From Bispira polyomma (lineage: Eukaryota): DNA of 64,000 nt. Shown here one piece after another: positions 52,891-64,000 of this stretch. Every line of letters starts with the position of its first letter. The stretch's first letter is position 1. Position numbers and translations under genes: made by a program. The DNA lies in NCBI GenBank assembly GCA_965649765.1, contig OZ287749.1:42904001-42968000 (forward strand), in the 5' to 3' direction. The notes under the pieces are model-generated. The model had not been told where the DNA came from. It searched no databases and was given only the letters and a program-made list of their open reading frames with translations.

Positions 52891-54339
52891 CTAACAGATA
52901 CACAACATAAGCTGGTTTTCGAAATTAGATTAACACTTGGCCTGAAGCAGAAACCACTTGGGCCTCAGCTTAGTCAATATACTGAGTTCACATCTGGATA
53001 GGGAATCTTGGCCTGGAAAACTACTCTGACCAGTTAGATTTATTGGGTGGATCAGTAAGAGTGTCAGTACTTAATATTGGTTATTATTATATATCTAAAA
53101 ATAGGAATATTTTGGCGAATAAGTACAGTATTGAGATGAAGACGAAAACTTAATTCTGCTTGAAGTTGATGATTACAAATTTACCATGCCTTGTGTTAAG
53201 TTACCCTTTATATTTAATTTAGTTAATGAAGCAGTTGTTTTAAAAAGTCTATATTTATGACTTTATTGTTTGCAATATTAAGTTATCATTGCAAAATAAA
53301 ATTTTTAGGAGCCATTTTTATTTTGGTTTATTTTCTTTCGACATGTTTAAATTTTATGCTGAAATAAATTGATATCAATTAAAAATTATGCTAATAGATT
53401 TTTCCCGGTTATAGCCTGGTCACACATACACATCATACCCCAACATTTTCAGGGTCCTTAAAATGTAGCACTCAGTATCATAGGGAAAATGTGTTGGAGT
53501 GGTTTTACTATTTCCGGCTTCCTGGTTACAGAGTATTTAAGGTAGAAACGAAAATAATGGATAGGGTTGCAACTAAAATTCATAAAAGTAGTAAACAATT
53601 ATAACTTTGTCTAATATTCACAGCTATTCTAGGGGAATGACTACTTAATAATTTCAAATGCATTCTGAAAGCTAATTCACCAAGATAAATCTTCAGAAGC
53701 TATTTTTTAAGAGCCTTTCTGTAATGTTCGGCCATCTTGGATTTATCAGGAAATCACCTTGGTCTATATTTTTAAGATATCTCAAAAAAACAATAGTTCA
53801 GACCTATTTTCATTCATACGGAAATGTCAGGCTAGGATTGATGTTTAATTTGATACATGATTTGTAGGGTCAGCTCTTCACCGGACTTCAGTATAGCTGA
53901 AAAGGCTATAAGATATTATATAACAAAATTAATAGTGGTCTGACTCCTGTTGAAATAGTGATTATGACGTAATTTTCTGTTGTTGGCCTTGTTAATGGCC
54001 GGTCACACATACACGTAGCATTGTACCCCAACGTCTATAATTACCTTTGAACGTGGGGCTCTTGTTGAAACATGTTGAAATAGTGATTCTGATATCATTT
54101 TGGGATATGTGTCAGGTGTCATGGCAGTTAGTTCAAAAGGCTTTGTTTTGGTCCTCCACAGGTTTATATCAGATTGTTACGTATACTCCACAACCTTGTG
54201 ACGGTGGGGGATGGGGAGGTTTATTCAAGCAGAGAAGCCCACGATCCAAGATTTGCTAGACCGGGTTGTTACCTTTAGTTACGTGACAAATCTGCCACAT
54301 AATGCAGTAACATTTATATACGAATACTGAAACTTTAAA

Positions 54340-54765
54340 AAAACTTCCGTGGCAACTTCTAAAATGTTTCCAAAAGCAGAATGAGCGCAAACAACAAAAT
54401 CGGAAGGAATTCTCACTTTGACCGTTCAAAGTGTAGCTCTAATTTAGCTCCTGTGAACGTAGATATGCGACCTGGGCATTAAATCAACACCACAACATGT
54501 ACTTAAGAAGCATCTGATAAAAACTGTGCCTTATGCTGCTGCTGTATTTTTCTCTAAAGTGAACAGATTGCAAAAGAAGTAGGAAGTCAGTCAAGGAATG
54601 ACGAGAGATGACGTCACACCAGATATTCATAGACACTAAACCAATCAATAAACCACTTAAATTCCATTCACGCCAGTTTAGTGGGAATTTCCTGTAGTGA
54701 TTTTTTGTTTGACTTAAGGGTCACAAATTAACTTTTGAGGGAGGGGGGTGGGGGTGGGGGGGCGA
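54340..54765. promoter_or_regulatory. Candidate promoter/enhancer motif cluster
   Basis: ETS-like cores (~54343, ~54400, ~54581), CRE TGACGTCA at 54609-54616, CCAAT at 54641, kappaB site GGGAATTTCC at 54683-54692 and a GC-box-like G tract. Confidence 0.4.
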
Positions 54766-57002
54766 GTTAACATGTACAGGCCACTTTTATAGCTAGTACG
54801 TCTTTATGGATGTGGGCTGTAATTAAAATATTTTGTCTGGTAGTGTAAAAAGACTGGAGGGAAGGGCATTGAAAGATCCAGGGACAGATTCAAAAAAAAA
54901 TCTCTCGAGTAGTAGGGGGTGCTTTTTACTATCCAGGGACGGATGAAAAACATTCTGAGTCGGGGGTATAAACTTGAAAGGTGTACCAGAAATGTCCTTT
55001 TTATTACCAGCATCTAACCAGGCAAATATATTGATTTCTTGGAGTGTTAATTGAATCTCCATGACATGACATATTTATTGGCGGGTTTTTAAAGGAAGGT
55101 GCATATTTAAATATATAAATAAACTAAACTTATGGTAGCCTACTATACATACTAGTATCCTACTATCTACTACACTTGGTGAAGTGGGTGTAAACATGGA
55201 AAGTAATAACCTACCATAATCTAGTGCCTCTAGCTATCTATGAAGCTTAGTAGGTCCTTACTTCTTAGTCATAGGTTTTTTAACGACAGTCGTAGCAGCC
55301 CCTCTATGGCCTCTACCTAAGGTAATATCATACCTACTAATTTTAAGAGAGCATTGTGATACTGGTGCCATGCTTCTGTCTGTAAGCATAAAAATTACAA
55401 GAAGCACTGCTAGTATAGTTTGGTTCAGCAGTTAACCTTTGTAATCAGAATAGTGATTTCAAATAAGGTATTATACCCACTAAGTATTTATACATACTCT
55501 AATCAGGTGTAAGTGGGAAACTTACTTTAGAATGAAATTTCACCAAAAATGACGATTTCGATGGAAAGTTCAATTAAATTAAATAAAAGAATTTTGACCA
55601 CTTTACACTACCCAAGCAGCGTATCAGAAATAGGTGAATTTTTCTCTTGTAGAAAAAAATTACATGGGACACAGTATTTCCTTTTTTTGTTCTTCAACGT
55701 CCTATAATACAAGCATTAAAGATGTTTAAACTGTAAAGATAATTTAAACCATAAAAAGTCTTACCCGGCAACATGCTGCAAAATAAATGATAGCATTTGG
55801 TTTAGTTCTTCTGTTTGGCAGTACCATGGTGCCAACAACAACAAAAAATAGAATCTATGGGGGAAAAAAGAAGTGACACAGTGAGTGTCTTTAAATACTG
55901 CTAAATCACTGTAGTCCATCCCTAACATATTTCTAAACCATTAGCCCGGGCAGTAGAGGGAAATCCCCCCTAAGCCCCCCCCCCCCTCCACCCCCTCCCC
56001 CTTCTCCCCATCCCCCTATCGCTTATGCTAAACTAATCCTTAGTCAATAGCCGCGATGACCCCTAGAGCCCTGATGGTGTCACAAATGGGTTCCATTGGT
56101 GTCGCAAATACAATTGCGCCAGATTTGTCAGCCGACATTTTGATGGGGATTTCAAATTACCTTGATTGTGGTCTATGTGTCCTGGAATCTCGGTGTGCTC
56201 TGTCTAACATCAGGCTTAACAGATGTATTCTCTATGATAGAGGCCCCAGGAATTTTAGACATCACCTATTCTTGGTTTTCCTTTTCTTGGGGGGGGGGGG
56301 ATTTTATAAGGTGAATAATGAAGCCTATATTACTTTGAACAACACTTTTTTCTGGTGGGAAGTAGGTGGCTGTAGTTGTTAAAAATATCAGATTTAATGT
56401 CACCAGCATTTGTAGTGAAACATCAGGCTTACTAGACGTATTTTTAATTATAGAAGCCAATTAATTTTAAACAACAGTTTTGTGTGGAAGAGGGAGGGGG
56501 GTTCTTCTGGTCATGGGAGGTATGGCGTAGTGATTATAATCATCTGCACCGGCCTTTCAGGCTGAACAGATGTATTATCTATAATGGAGGCCACAGGGAT
56601 TTTTGAGTTTTCCTTTCTCCGGTGTAGGGTGTGGACTAGTGTTTATAAGCATCTGCTACAATGTTGTCACCAGCCTTTTAGTCCAAAATCAGGCTTATTA
56701 ACATGTGTATTCTATATACTAGAGGCCTCAGTTATTCTGTTTGAGGGGTTACCTTGGATATTCAAAGCCAGTACTTATAAGAACACTTTCGTGGTGGAGA
56801 GGGGGTAGCCCAGTGGTTATATAAGCATCTGCTTTAATATCACCAACCCCTTCACTTTATTGGATTCTACTCCCATTTCTTTCCTTCCATAGGTCAGTGG
56901 TTTCCCGTACAAATAGTACTGGTTTCCTCTATCGATAAATCTGGATATCACAATATGATCAATGATGTTTAAAGTGACATTAATTAAATACAAATTATGG
57001 GT

Positions 57003-57230
57003 AACGATAACATATCCTAGTTATTTCCACTATTGTATTTGAGTTATATAATAAGGCTAAAGTATAAGGACTTTCGTAGATACGGCACCTGGTTTTCATA
57101 TCCAGGGACCTTTTGTCTTTTTATTCTATGCTGAAATAATGGTGTGACATTTTTAGCATAAAGTGGTTTAATCAATGTAGAAGAATAGTGAATAGAGTTT
57201 TCCTCCACTCTATTAAAATGTGAAATTTGA
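57003..57230 (+). repeat. Dispersed copy of 52447-52690
   Basis: aacgataacatatcc...ggttttcatatccagggaccttttgtc...ttttcctccactct is shared. Confidence 0.85.
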
Positions 57231-57584
57231 TAAGTAACAACTCCTTATTTTAGTTTTTCCCATAACCTATTTTACACTTATTGAATTAGAAAACAGATCT
57301 CTGACCACAAATTGCAACAAGACTAGAAAGCTTGAAATATTCTATTTTAGCTTCTTCTTGTACCTTTGTATTGCCTTTTGAGATCTTTTTTCCGCCCCAT
57401 AATTCTTTGTAACAATACACAAATCACTATCTAGTGGTGTGCCTTAAAAGCTTTACACACCACTGAGTACACGACACCACACTATAATAAAGTGGATGAC
57501 ACGTCACTGCAAGACAATACTATTCACATCAAACATGACACACCACAACATAATCCATATAATAATAATAATAATATTTAAAAC

Positions 57585-58270
57585 ATTTATAAAGTGCCAA
57601 ATTGATGAGAACATCCTCTAAGGCACTGATATCCAAAAAGGGAAAGTCCAGGGGCAAGCAAAGGTCGTTAACAGTAAAGCATCCACCAAGAGTAGGGTGA
57701 CTAAGGAGTGGGGGTAGGGCAGTCTGAAAAGGTAAGTGTTAAGATGGCTACTGAAACCAATAATTTTATCCTGTGATCCGACAGTGTGTGGAATTTGTTC
57801 CATTCAACAGGAGCCGCAACAGCAAAACAGCGCCTACCGATTTTTCTGTTAAGTCTGGTTGAGGAGACGGTTTCCCCAGATAAGGCTACTAGATTTAACA
57901 AGTGAGGACAGATAAGGAGGTTGGTTAAATTTTATAGCTTTAACCACAAGAAGGTTGGATTTAAAAAGAATGGCTGTTCGACAGGTAGCTATTGGAGTTT
58001 CTTTAGGTAGGGTGAGACATGGCTAAATTTGTTACGCTTGTACATAATATGGCAGAGGGCATTTTAGACTCTTTAGAGCCTTGTTATATTGACCTTATTT
58101 GCTTATCATACAGCAAGGACTTGCAATAGTCTAGCCGGTTGCTCACTATTGGGTTAGCGACCTGGACCGCAGTTTCAAGACATAAAATATATACCCCAAT
58201 ACCTTTCTTACATATTACATATAGGACAAGCAGATGACATGACATTTTTAAGAGATTTTTCCAAGTCAAA
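57585..58270 (-). mobile_element. L2-clade LINE 3' fragment
   Basis: SNRLDYC and GRRCFAVAAPVEWN motifs; tail ggcactttataaat followed by (tta)n. Confidence 0.8.
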
Positions 58271-59999
58271 TTGCAGTGTGGTATAGTGCGATGTTGTGGT
58301 GGGCCAGTATATAAAGTCTGTACATATTTCCTTAATTTTTGTAGTGTCGTGTTGTGTAGTCGGCGGTCTGTAAAGCCCTTTACTCCTTGTCACAGTTGTG
58401 TTTTTCAAATATAATGGACTGTTTTATTGACTATACTACCAGCGTTTTTTAAAAATGCCCTCATATTATTTGAGTAACTACTCACTAATTGTAAATATAT
58501 CAATTTGTAATGCATTTATTCTGGAAGTTAACTTTTAACCATATTCTCCTAGTTTCGTGGATTACTGTAAAATATGCCATGCATGATTTACAACAACTAC
58601 AAGTGAGCTCTGCCACCTAGCCACTGTACCATCAGAAAAAATCAAAGCATAGGCTACGGAACACAATCTTGGTCTAACTCTCTCTCTCGCTAGTAATTTT
58701 TAATTGTAAAAGTTTAAAATGTCAGTAAACACATCACTTGTATTGATCTTTTGAACTAAAAATGACCAATAGTGTTTATTATTTCAGTGAAACCTTTACA
58801 CAAATTTGAAATAAGTGAAATCTAGAGTTTCTATTTATTTAACAATCAAGAATTTTTTTATTTCCGGAGTATAATAGTTATCATTGTCATTATTCGAAAA
58901 TAAAGTTTACTTCTCTACAAGACAGTTATGAAGATAAATGGACACTTTTGTTAAAATCTCTGTTTAAAAGTAGATCAACAAACCCTAACTGAACAAAACA
59001 CGTCCCCACAATTCTTAAATAATATTGCCATGCAGGCATAATAGCAGAGTACAATATGTAGAAATAAAATTGGGTCTCTTAAATGTCAATTATTTGTGTA
59101 AGATGACCTAAAAGATGCTATTTTTCAGTATTGTAGGGCAAACTCTTTATACCATAAGATTGTATGCAATTGTTCTATTTTGTTAAATAACATATTTAGG
59201 AGTAATAAGAAAAACCTTTTTTAAATGCTAACAAAAACACTATTGTTCTAGCTTCTTGTTTTTTTTTTTTTCTCAAAGAGTGGCAGCCCCATTATCACAA
59301 TCATCCACCAGCTTCTCTGTAAAAAAAATCCTGGCAGCAGGAAAAAAAATGTTGTTAAGGTTTCTCCCTCTGACAACAGTGACCTCATTATGGGCGTGAA
59401 AAGTAGCTCATTTGTGGACATGAGAAAATGCTACTATTGGAATCCAATGAGGACTCCCCCCACTCCCCCCTTGAGGGTTAGGCGGAGGGGAAGGGGCTAC
59501 AACCCCCCCCCCCCTTCCATTTCTCATCATCCTCTGGTCATCACATTGTACTCATATCCTGATGAGGACCCGGTGGGCCTCACATACTCCGCTTATACTC
59601 AACTCAAAAATCTGAAGAGGTAACAACATCTTAGGCTAGAGTGTAAAGTTTTTTGAAGTAACATTCTCCCCTTGCTTAGTTGAATTCAGTGTTCAAAGCT
59701 CTATATTAAAACAAATGGTTACAAGTATAGGTTATAGTCTATTGTGTACAAGGATCTTCCACATAACCCTATCTTTGAGTTGAGTATGAGTTTAAGCTGG
59801 AGTTGTTGTTTTTTTAAAAAAAGGAGACCTGACTTAACTGCCTATTAATTGTGACACACTGGCTCGCGGTCAAGACATCTCCACTACTGGACACTAATGA
59901 CCGTCTTAAAGAGGGCTGGAGATTGGTTTTGAAATAAGGAGGAAACTAGGGTGAAGGGGGTGAATGGGGGAGGGGACCAGAGTCCTATTTTCTTTATTA

Positions 60000-60270
60000 C
60001 AGTAGAATCTCAATTGTCCAAACAATTTTGGGAGAGCAAACATTTTGTTTGTATAATAGAATGTTAAAAATAGAAGAGATATTGTGGTACATATGATTCA
60101 CGGTCTGGAGACGGGGTTTTAAAAAGATAGGAAACTGGGAAGATGGGGGGGGGGGAGGGTGGTGTATTACCAGGGTCTTTATAACTGTAATCCTGTGATA
60201 CATAATCCCAATTATCCAAACATGTTGGGATAGCAAGAGTTGGTTCGGATAATAGAATCAACATTTCAGT
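60000..60270. mobile_element. pogo/Tigger-like MITE remnant
   Basis: ta|cagtagaatctcaattgtccaaac ... gttcggataatagaatc. Confidence 0.45.
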
Positions 60271-62904
60271 ACAAAACAATATCAAAAAAGTGAATTTGGA
60301 AGAGACAGAAAGTTCATAACATAGAAGTTCAAATATTTAGAAGAGACAGAATGTTCAAATATTACAGATTTTAAATATGTAATAATTAAACTTTATCATA
60401 AGGCTGGCATGAGATGAAAGTAGCAGTGTGTTGAGAATCCCAAACGGTCAGATGTTACCCTTATACCTAGGGCTCATTTACACGAATAGCCTCTGTATGT
60501 GTCACAAATAATTGTGTGACAAAAAGCCTCTCTACACATGGCAATGTTTCAGAAATGTATTGATTAGTGAGGATTAGTAGCTCCACCAGGAATGTTTTAA
60601 ACGGTTCTAAATAAGTTGCAGGTTTGAAGGGGGATTCCTCATCTTTGTTAAGAATGGGAATTTGTGTCACAAATGTGAAATTATGTGTTGTAAACTTTCA
60701 GTATGCGCCAGAAGGTGTGGATTCAGTTAGTGGCATATTAGTGACGTCTTTATAACATTTTAGTGTCAGAAGGTAACACAGACATGGGTTTAAAAATTTT
60801 GATATCAAAATGTGACGTCAGAAGGAATTTTACGGACGGATGGGTACTTTCATTTACACTTTCATGTACTTTCATCTGTCCAACTCCACGAATAGCCATG
60901 TAAGTACATGTAAATGAGATCAGACCAATAGCAGTATTTAGATGTATTTTATATCAGCCCAAATTCAGGAATATTAAAAACTAAAATGAAAACACAAGAT
61001 GTGGATTGAAATGGCCAGTTTATTCAACTGACATTACTTGTAAACACAAGTTTGCCTTTGCCAGTGGTAGATTAAAGATCCTTTGGGACTTTGATAAAAG
61101 GTCATCCTCAAACAAGCCTCGGCAAGATTAATGCCTATGTTGTCGTATAATTTTGTTTTTAAATATGTAATTCTCTATTCTGTTAAACTGTGTAAAATGT
61201 GTGTGTGTGTGTTAGATATGTGTATTTATAAAACAGAACATAATAAAATATATATACAACATAAAATATATATCGCACAATTTAACACAGTTTCATTGCA
61301 AACACATTTAAGATTGAAACTGCAGAGAAAATCAATACATCACACTGAAACCTTAACATAATTTTAGAGATGAAATATTGTAAGAAGACCTTTGTTTATA
61401 GGACCATCCCACCTAGGGGAGGTAGTAGATAGTAGCTGGAGGGGAGGGGGGTTGAAGGCAAGCATTACTGGGAAGAATTTCATTAAATCCATCTCATTTT
61501 CAGTAGTAATTATCCTTGACCAATTCACCAGAGGAAGTTCCACTCTATCTGAGTGTGGGTGTGTGTGTGTGTGACTCCTTCCAAGTATCCCCTCCCCCCA
61601 AAAAATAAAATTCAGTGACAGAAAAGCGATGGACAAGGACATAAAGTCAATAATGCCCTATACCAGACAAAAATAAGAACGGCCGAGCAATTTCTAGCAA
61701 AAGGGGGTTAGGACTAGACTGATAACAGTAATGATAATAATTGTCCCTTCACATCAGTTAAAAAGGGGCTCATTACCTAATCAAGCTTTTTGTTATGATT
61801 TTCTGATGGCTTCTATTTCTGCTGGATTAAGTTGCTTTCATTCCTCTAGAATGGCAAATCTTCTGGAGAAAATCTAATTCAGGTTCTATACTAGTGTAGA
61901 GTAGCTAAATGTATTGTTTTTTTTTCTAGAATTTAATACATTCTCAAGTACATACTATGGCAAAAGCCAAAACAAATATCTTAGGGACAGATGGTAAGCT
62001 TTGTAAACAACAGATCATGCTTATAAACATGACGGTTTGGTGGGTGACACGTAATCCATGATGTGGGATTTTGGTAGAGATTAAAGATAAATGGTAATTA
62101 TTACTCCTGAAACTAGAAATTGTTGTTCTGTAAAGAAAGCGACCAAGAAGAGTGCCAACCTTTACCAAAAATGAAAATAACAAACCATCTGGATCCATCG
62201 CGAAATCTAATAGATTCTTCCTTGGCCCATGCCCCATCCCTTCCTCAGATTTCATGTTAACCGGTTTAGTTTTTTTAGCTTATTCTTTTTGACAAGGAAA
62301 CCAATCAACACAACCAGGTGAAAACATCACATTCTTGGAAATGGATGTATTATGATACTTTACAGAGTTTACAGATAGAAACCTAATACATTGAATGTTA
62401 ACTGGCGTTAATAAACACTATCCTAAATAGTCCACACAAACTATCAAAAACTCTGGTTGCTCTTTTACCACACTAACTCCTATTCCCCATAAAGCTTTCT
62501 GCCTGAAACACCACCAAAAGAAAGTTCATCAGAATAAAGTAGGAAATGCCTTATCTTTCTACTTCTGGTTCCACATTGCGATTCACGAGACAGAACTTTA
62601 TTCCGTGTAGACATATGTCAGCCCAGATGTCACTGGGGAAGAGATTGCCACTATAAAGAAGTTTTATTATAATTAAAATATTTTATCCTACCTTCATGAC
62701 CTTGACTAACAACTTGAGAGTGATCTAGGCAATCTACAGCTACTTATAATTTCTACTAGTTGTGCGCTGGTCGTATTCGATTCAGGGGTGACTTTAGCGA
62801 TAACTCCTCATGCAAGTTGTGTACTCAACTCGACCCCAACTCGAAGTTGTGCAAGTATTGCATTATTTTCACGACCTTAGGGGATGGTAATCTAATCTAA
62901 TCGT

Positions 62905-63290
62905 ACTTCTATAATGCTTAATCTTTACAACAAATTCTAAGGCGCAAACAACCTAAGCATTAATAAAAAAAATCAGAAAATGGCGGACAGATGGTGGGTG
63001 TAACCAGATAGACTACCGGGATTGTTGCAATGGCTAAGGTGGAAAGGCCTGTTCGAAAAGGTAGGCCTCCAGCTTAGTCCTAAAAGAGGAGAAAGTTTGA
63101 TTCAAGCAAACATGATCAGACAGACTGTTCCACATGAAGAGGCCATCATGAGCAAGGCAATGATTAAAATGTAGTTTGGATTTGTGGATGCGAGGGTCGA
63201 AAATGAGAATATTAAGATATAGTTTATCAGGGTTACTGCGCCTAGTAGGTAGGTAGGGAGGGTCACTTGGGGGTCGAGTTGATAACACAT
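62905..63290 (-). mobile_element. L2-clade LINE 3' fragment
   Basis: MWNSLSDHV...FRTKLEAYLFEQAFPP followed by the tail gcgccttagaa...agcattatagaagt. Confidence 0.8.
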
Positions 63291-63659
63291 TGCTTTATCT
63301 ATGGAATCAATGGGGGTCTAATTAGGTAATCATAGGGCGAATATTGCATGCAGCTAACACGACAGACCCGATCCTTATCCTACTGTGCAATCATTGCGAT
63401 GACATTGCATGGTCAACTCAATCCTTCTAATTCTTGTAACCCTGCAACCCCTTCTAATACAATCCTTTTGCTGTGAGTGCAGTAGGCAGTACATGACCTA
63501 GGCATTTTCAAATTCCAGTGATCTCAATCCTTTCAGCGTCGTACTGAGATCTCTATTTTAAAATCTAAAATGTGGGACCTAGGTTTAAGCACATAAAACT
63601 ATGCTTCTTGGCAGTTGTATCAGTTGTATAGCTATGCTGTTTACTAGAAGTTTTCTGCC

Positions 63660-63795
63660 ACCCCAGAAGTGTAATAAAAGGAAACAAGAAAAGAGTATAC
63701 CGGAGTGTCCTATCATGTCTTTCGCACGGCAAGGAGTGGAACCAGGGACCTTCTACTTACCAGACAAACACCCTCACCAATGTAGACCACAATAA
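63660..63795 (-). mobile_element. Degenerate tRNA-derived SINE head
   Basis: The reverse strand reads gtggtctacattggtgag ... ggtccctggttccactccttgcc (A- and B-box-like). Confidence 0.45.
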
Positions 63796-64000
63796 AGCAC
63801 AGCCATGGATGTTACTTAGCTCAGTTTCAATGCGTAGAATACAGATATAACTTATCATGCTTTATCATAAATATATAGCTAACTTAATCATGTCTCACTA
63901 GCAATTTTTAAGAATCAATACTTTTGGGATATATATTTTTATACATGAATGTCATCCATGTACTGTGGTTATATTGTGAAAGGCATTATGGTTCTAGAAA

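Noticed and set aside
39200-64000. Numerous 60-110 aa ORFs
   Set aside because: They are short, often start at non-ATG codons, are low-complexity or repeat-derived, and show no domains or consistent splice structure.

Overview
This is AT-rich eukaryotic genomic DNA from an invertebrate animal. The repeat families suggest a mollusc or other lophotrochozoan, but that is inference. The only intact host gene is a minus-strand mex-3 family gene (two KH domains plus a C3HC4 RING). It can be spliced by hand from four exons (35987-35849, 32143-31313, 28932-28500, 27244-27055) into a 1593-nt CDS (530 aa) with GT-AG sites and matching phases. The rest is mostly transposon-derived. It includes a decayed Ngaro/DIRS tyrosine-recombinase retrotransposon (1-~4200) and a head-to-tail tandem duplication (~4692-11352 and ~11353-19652) whose copies differ by an IS3EU-like foldback element, an RTEX-like LINE and an L2 fragment. 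There are also tRNA-derived SINEs, many MITEs, a minimal Helitron, two minisatellites (47 and 34 bp) and ~28 kb without recognisable genes upstream of mex-3. I found no CRISPR array, rRNA, functional tRNA or prokaryotic system, and I cannot claim a wholly new biological system. The best leads are the unusual mex-3 architecture with a possible RING-less or NMD isoform switch, the splice acceptor before the Ngaro recombinase, and the mosaic duplication with paired filled and empty insertion sites. All identity figures are hand estimates.
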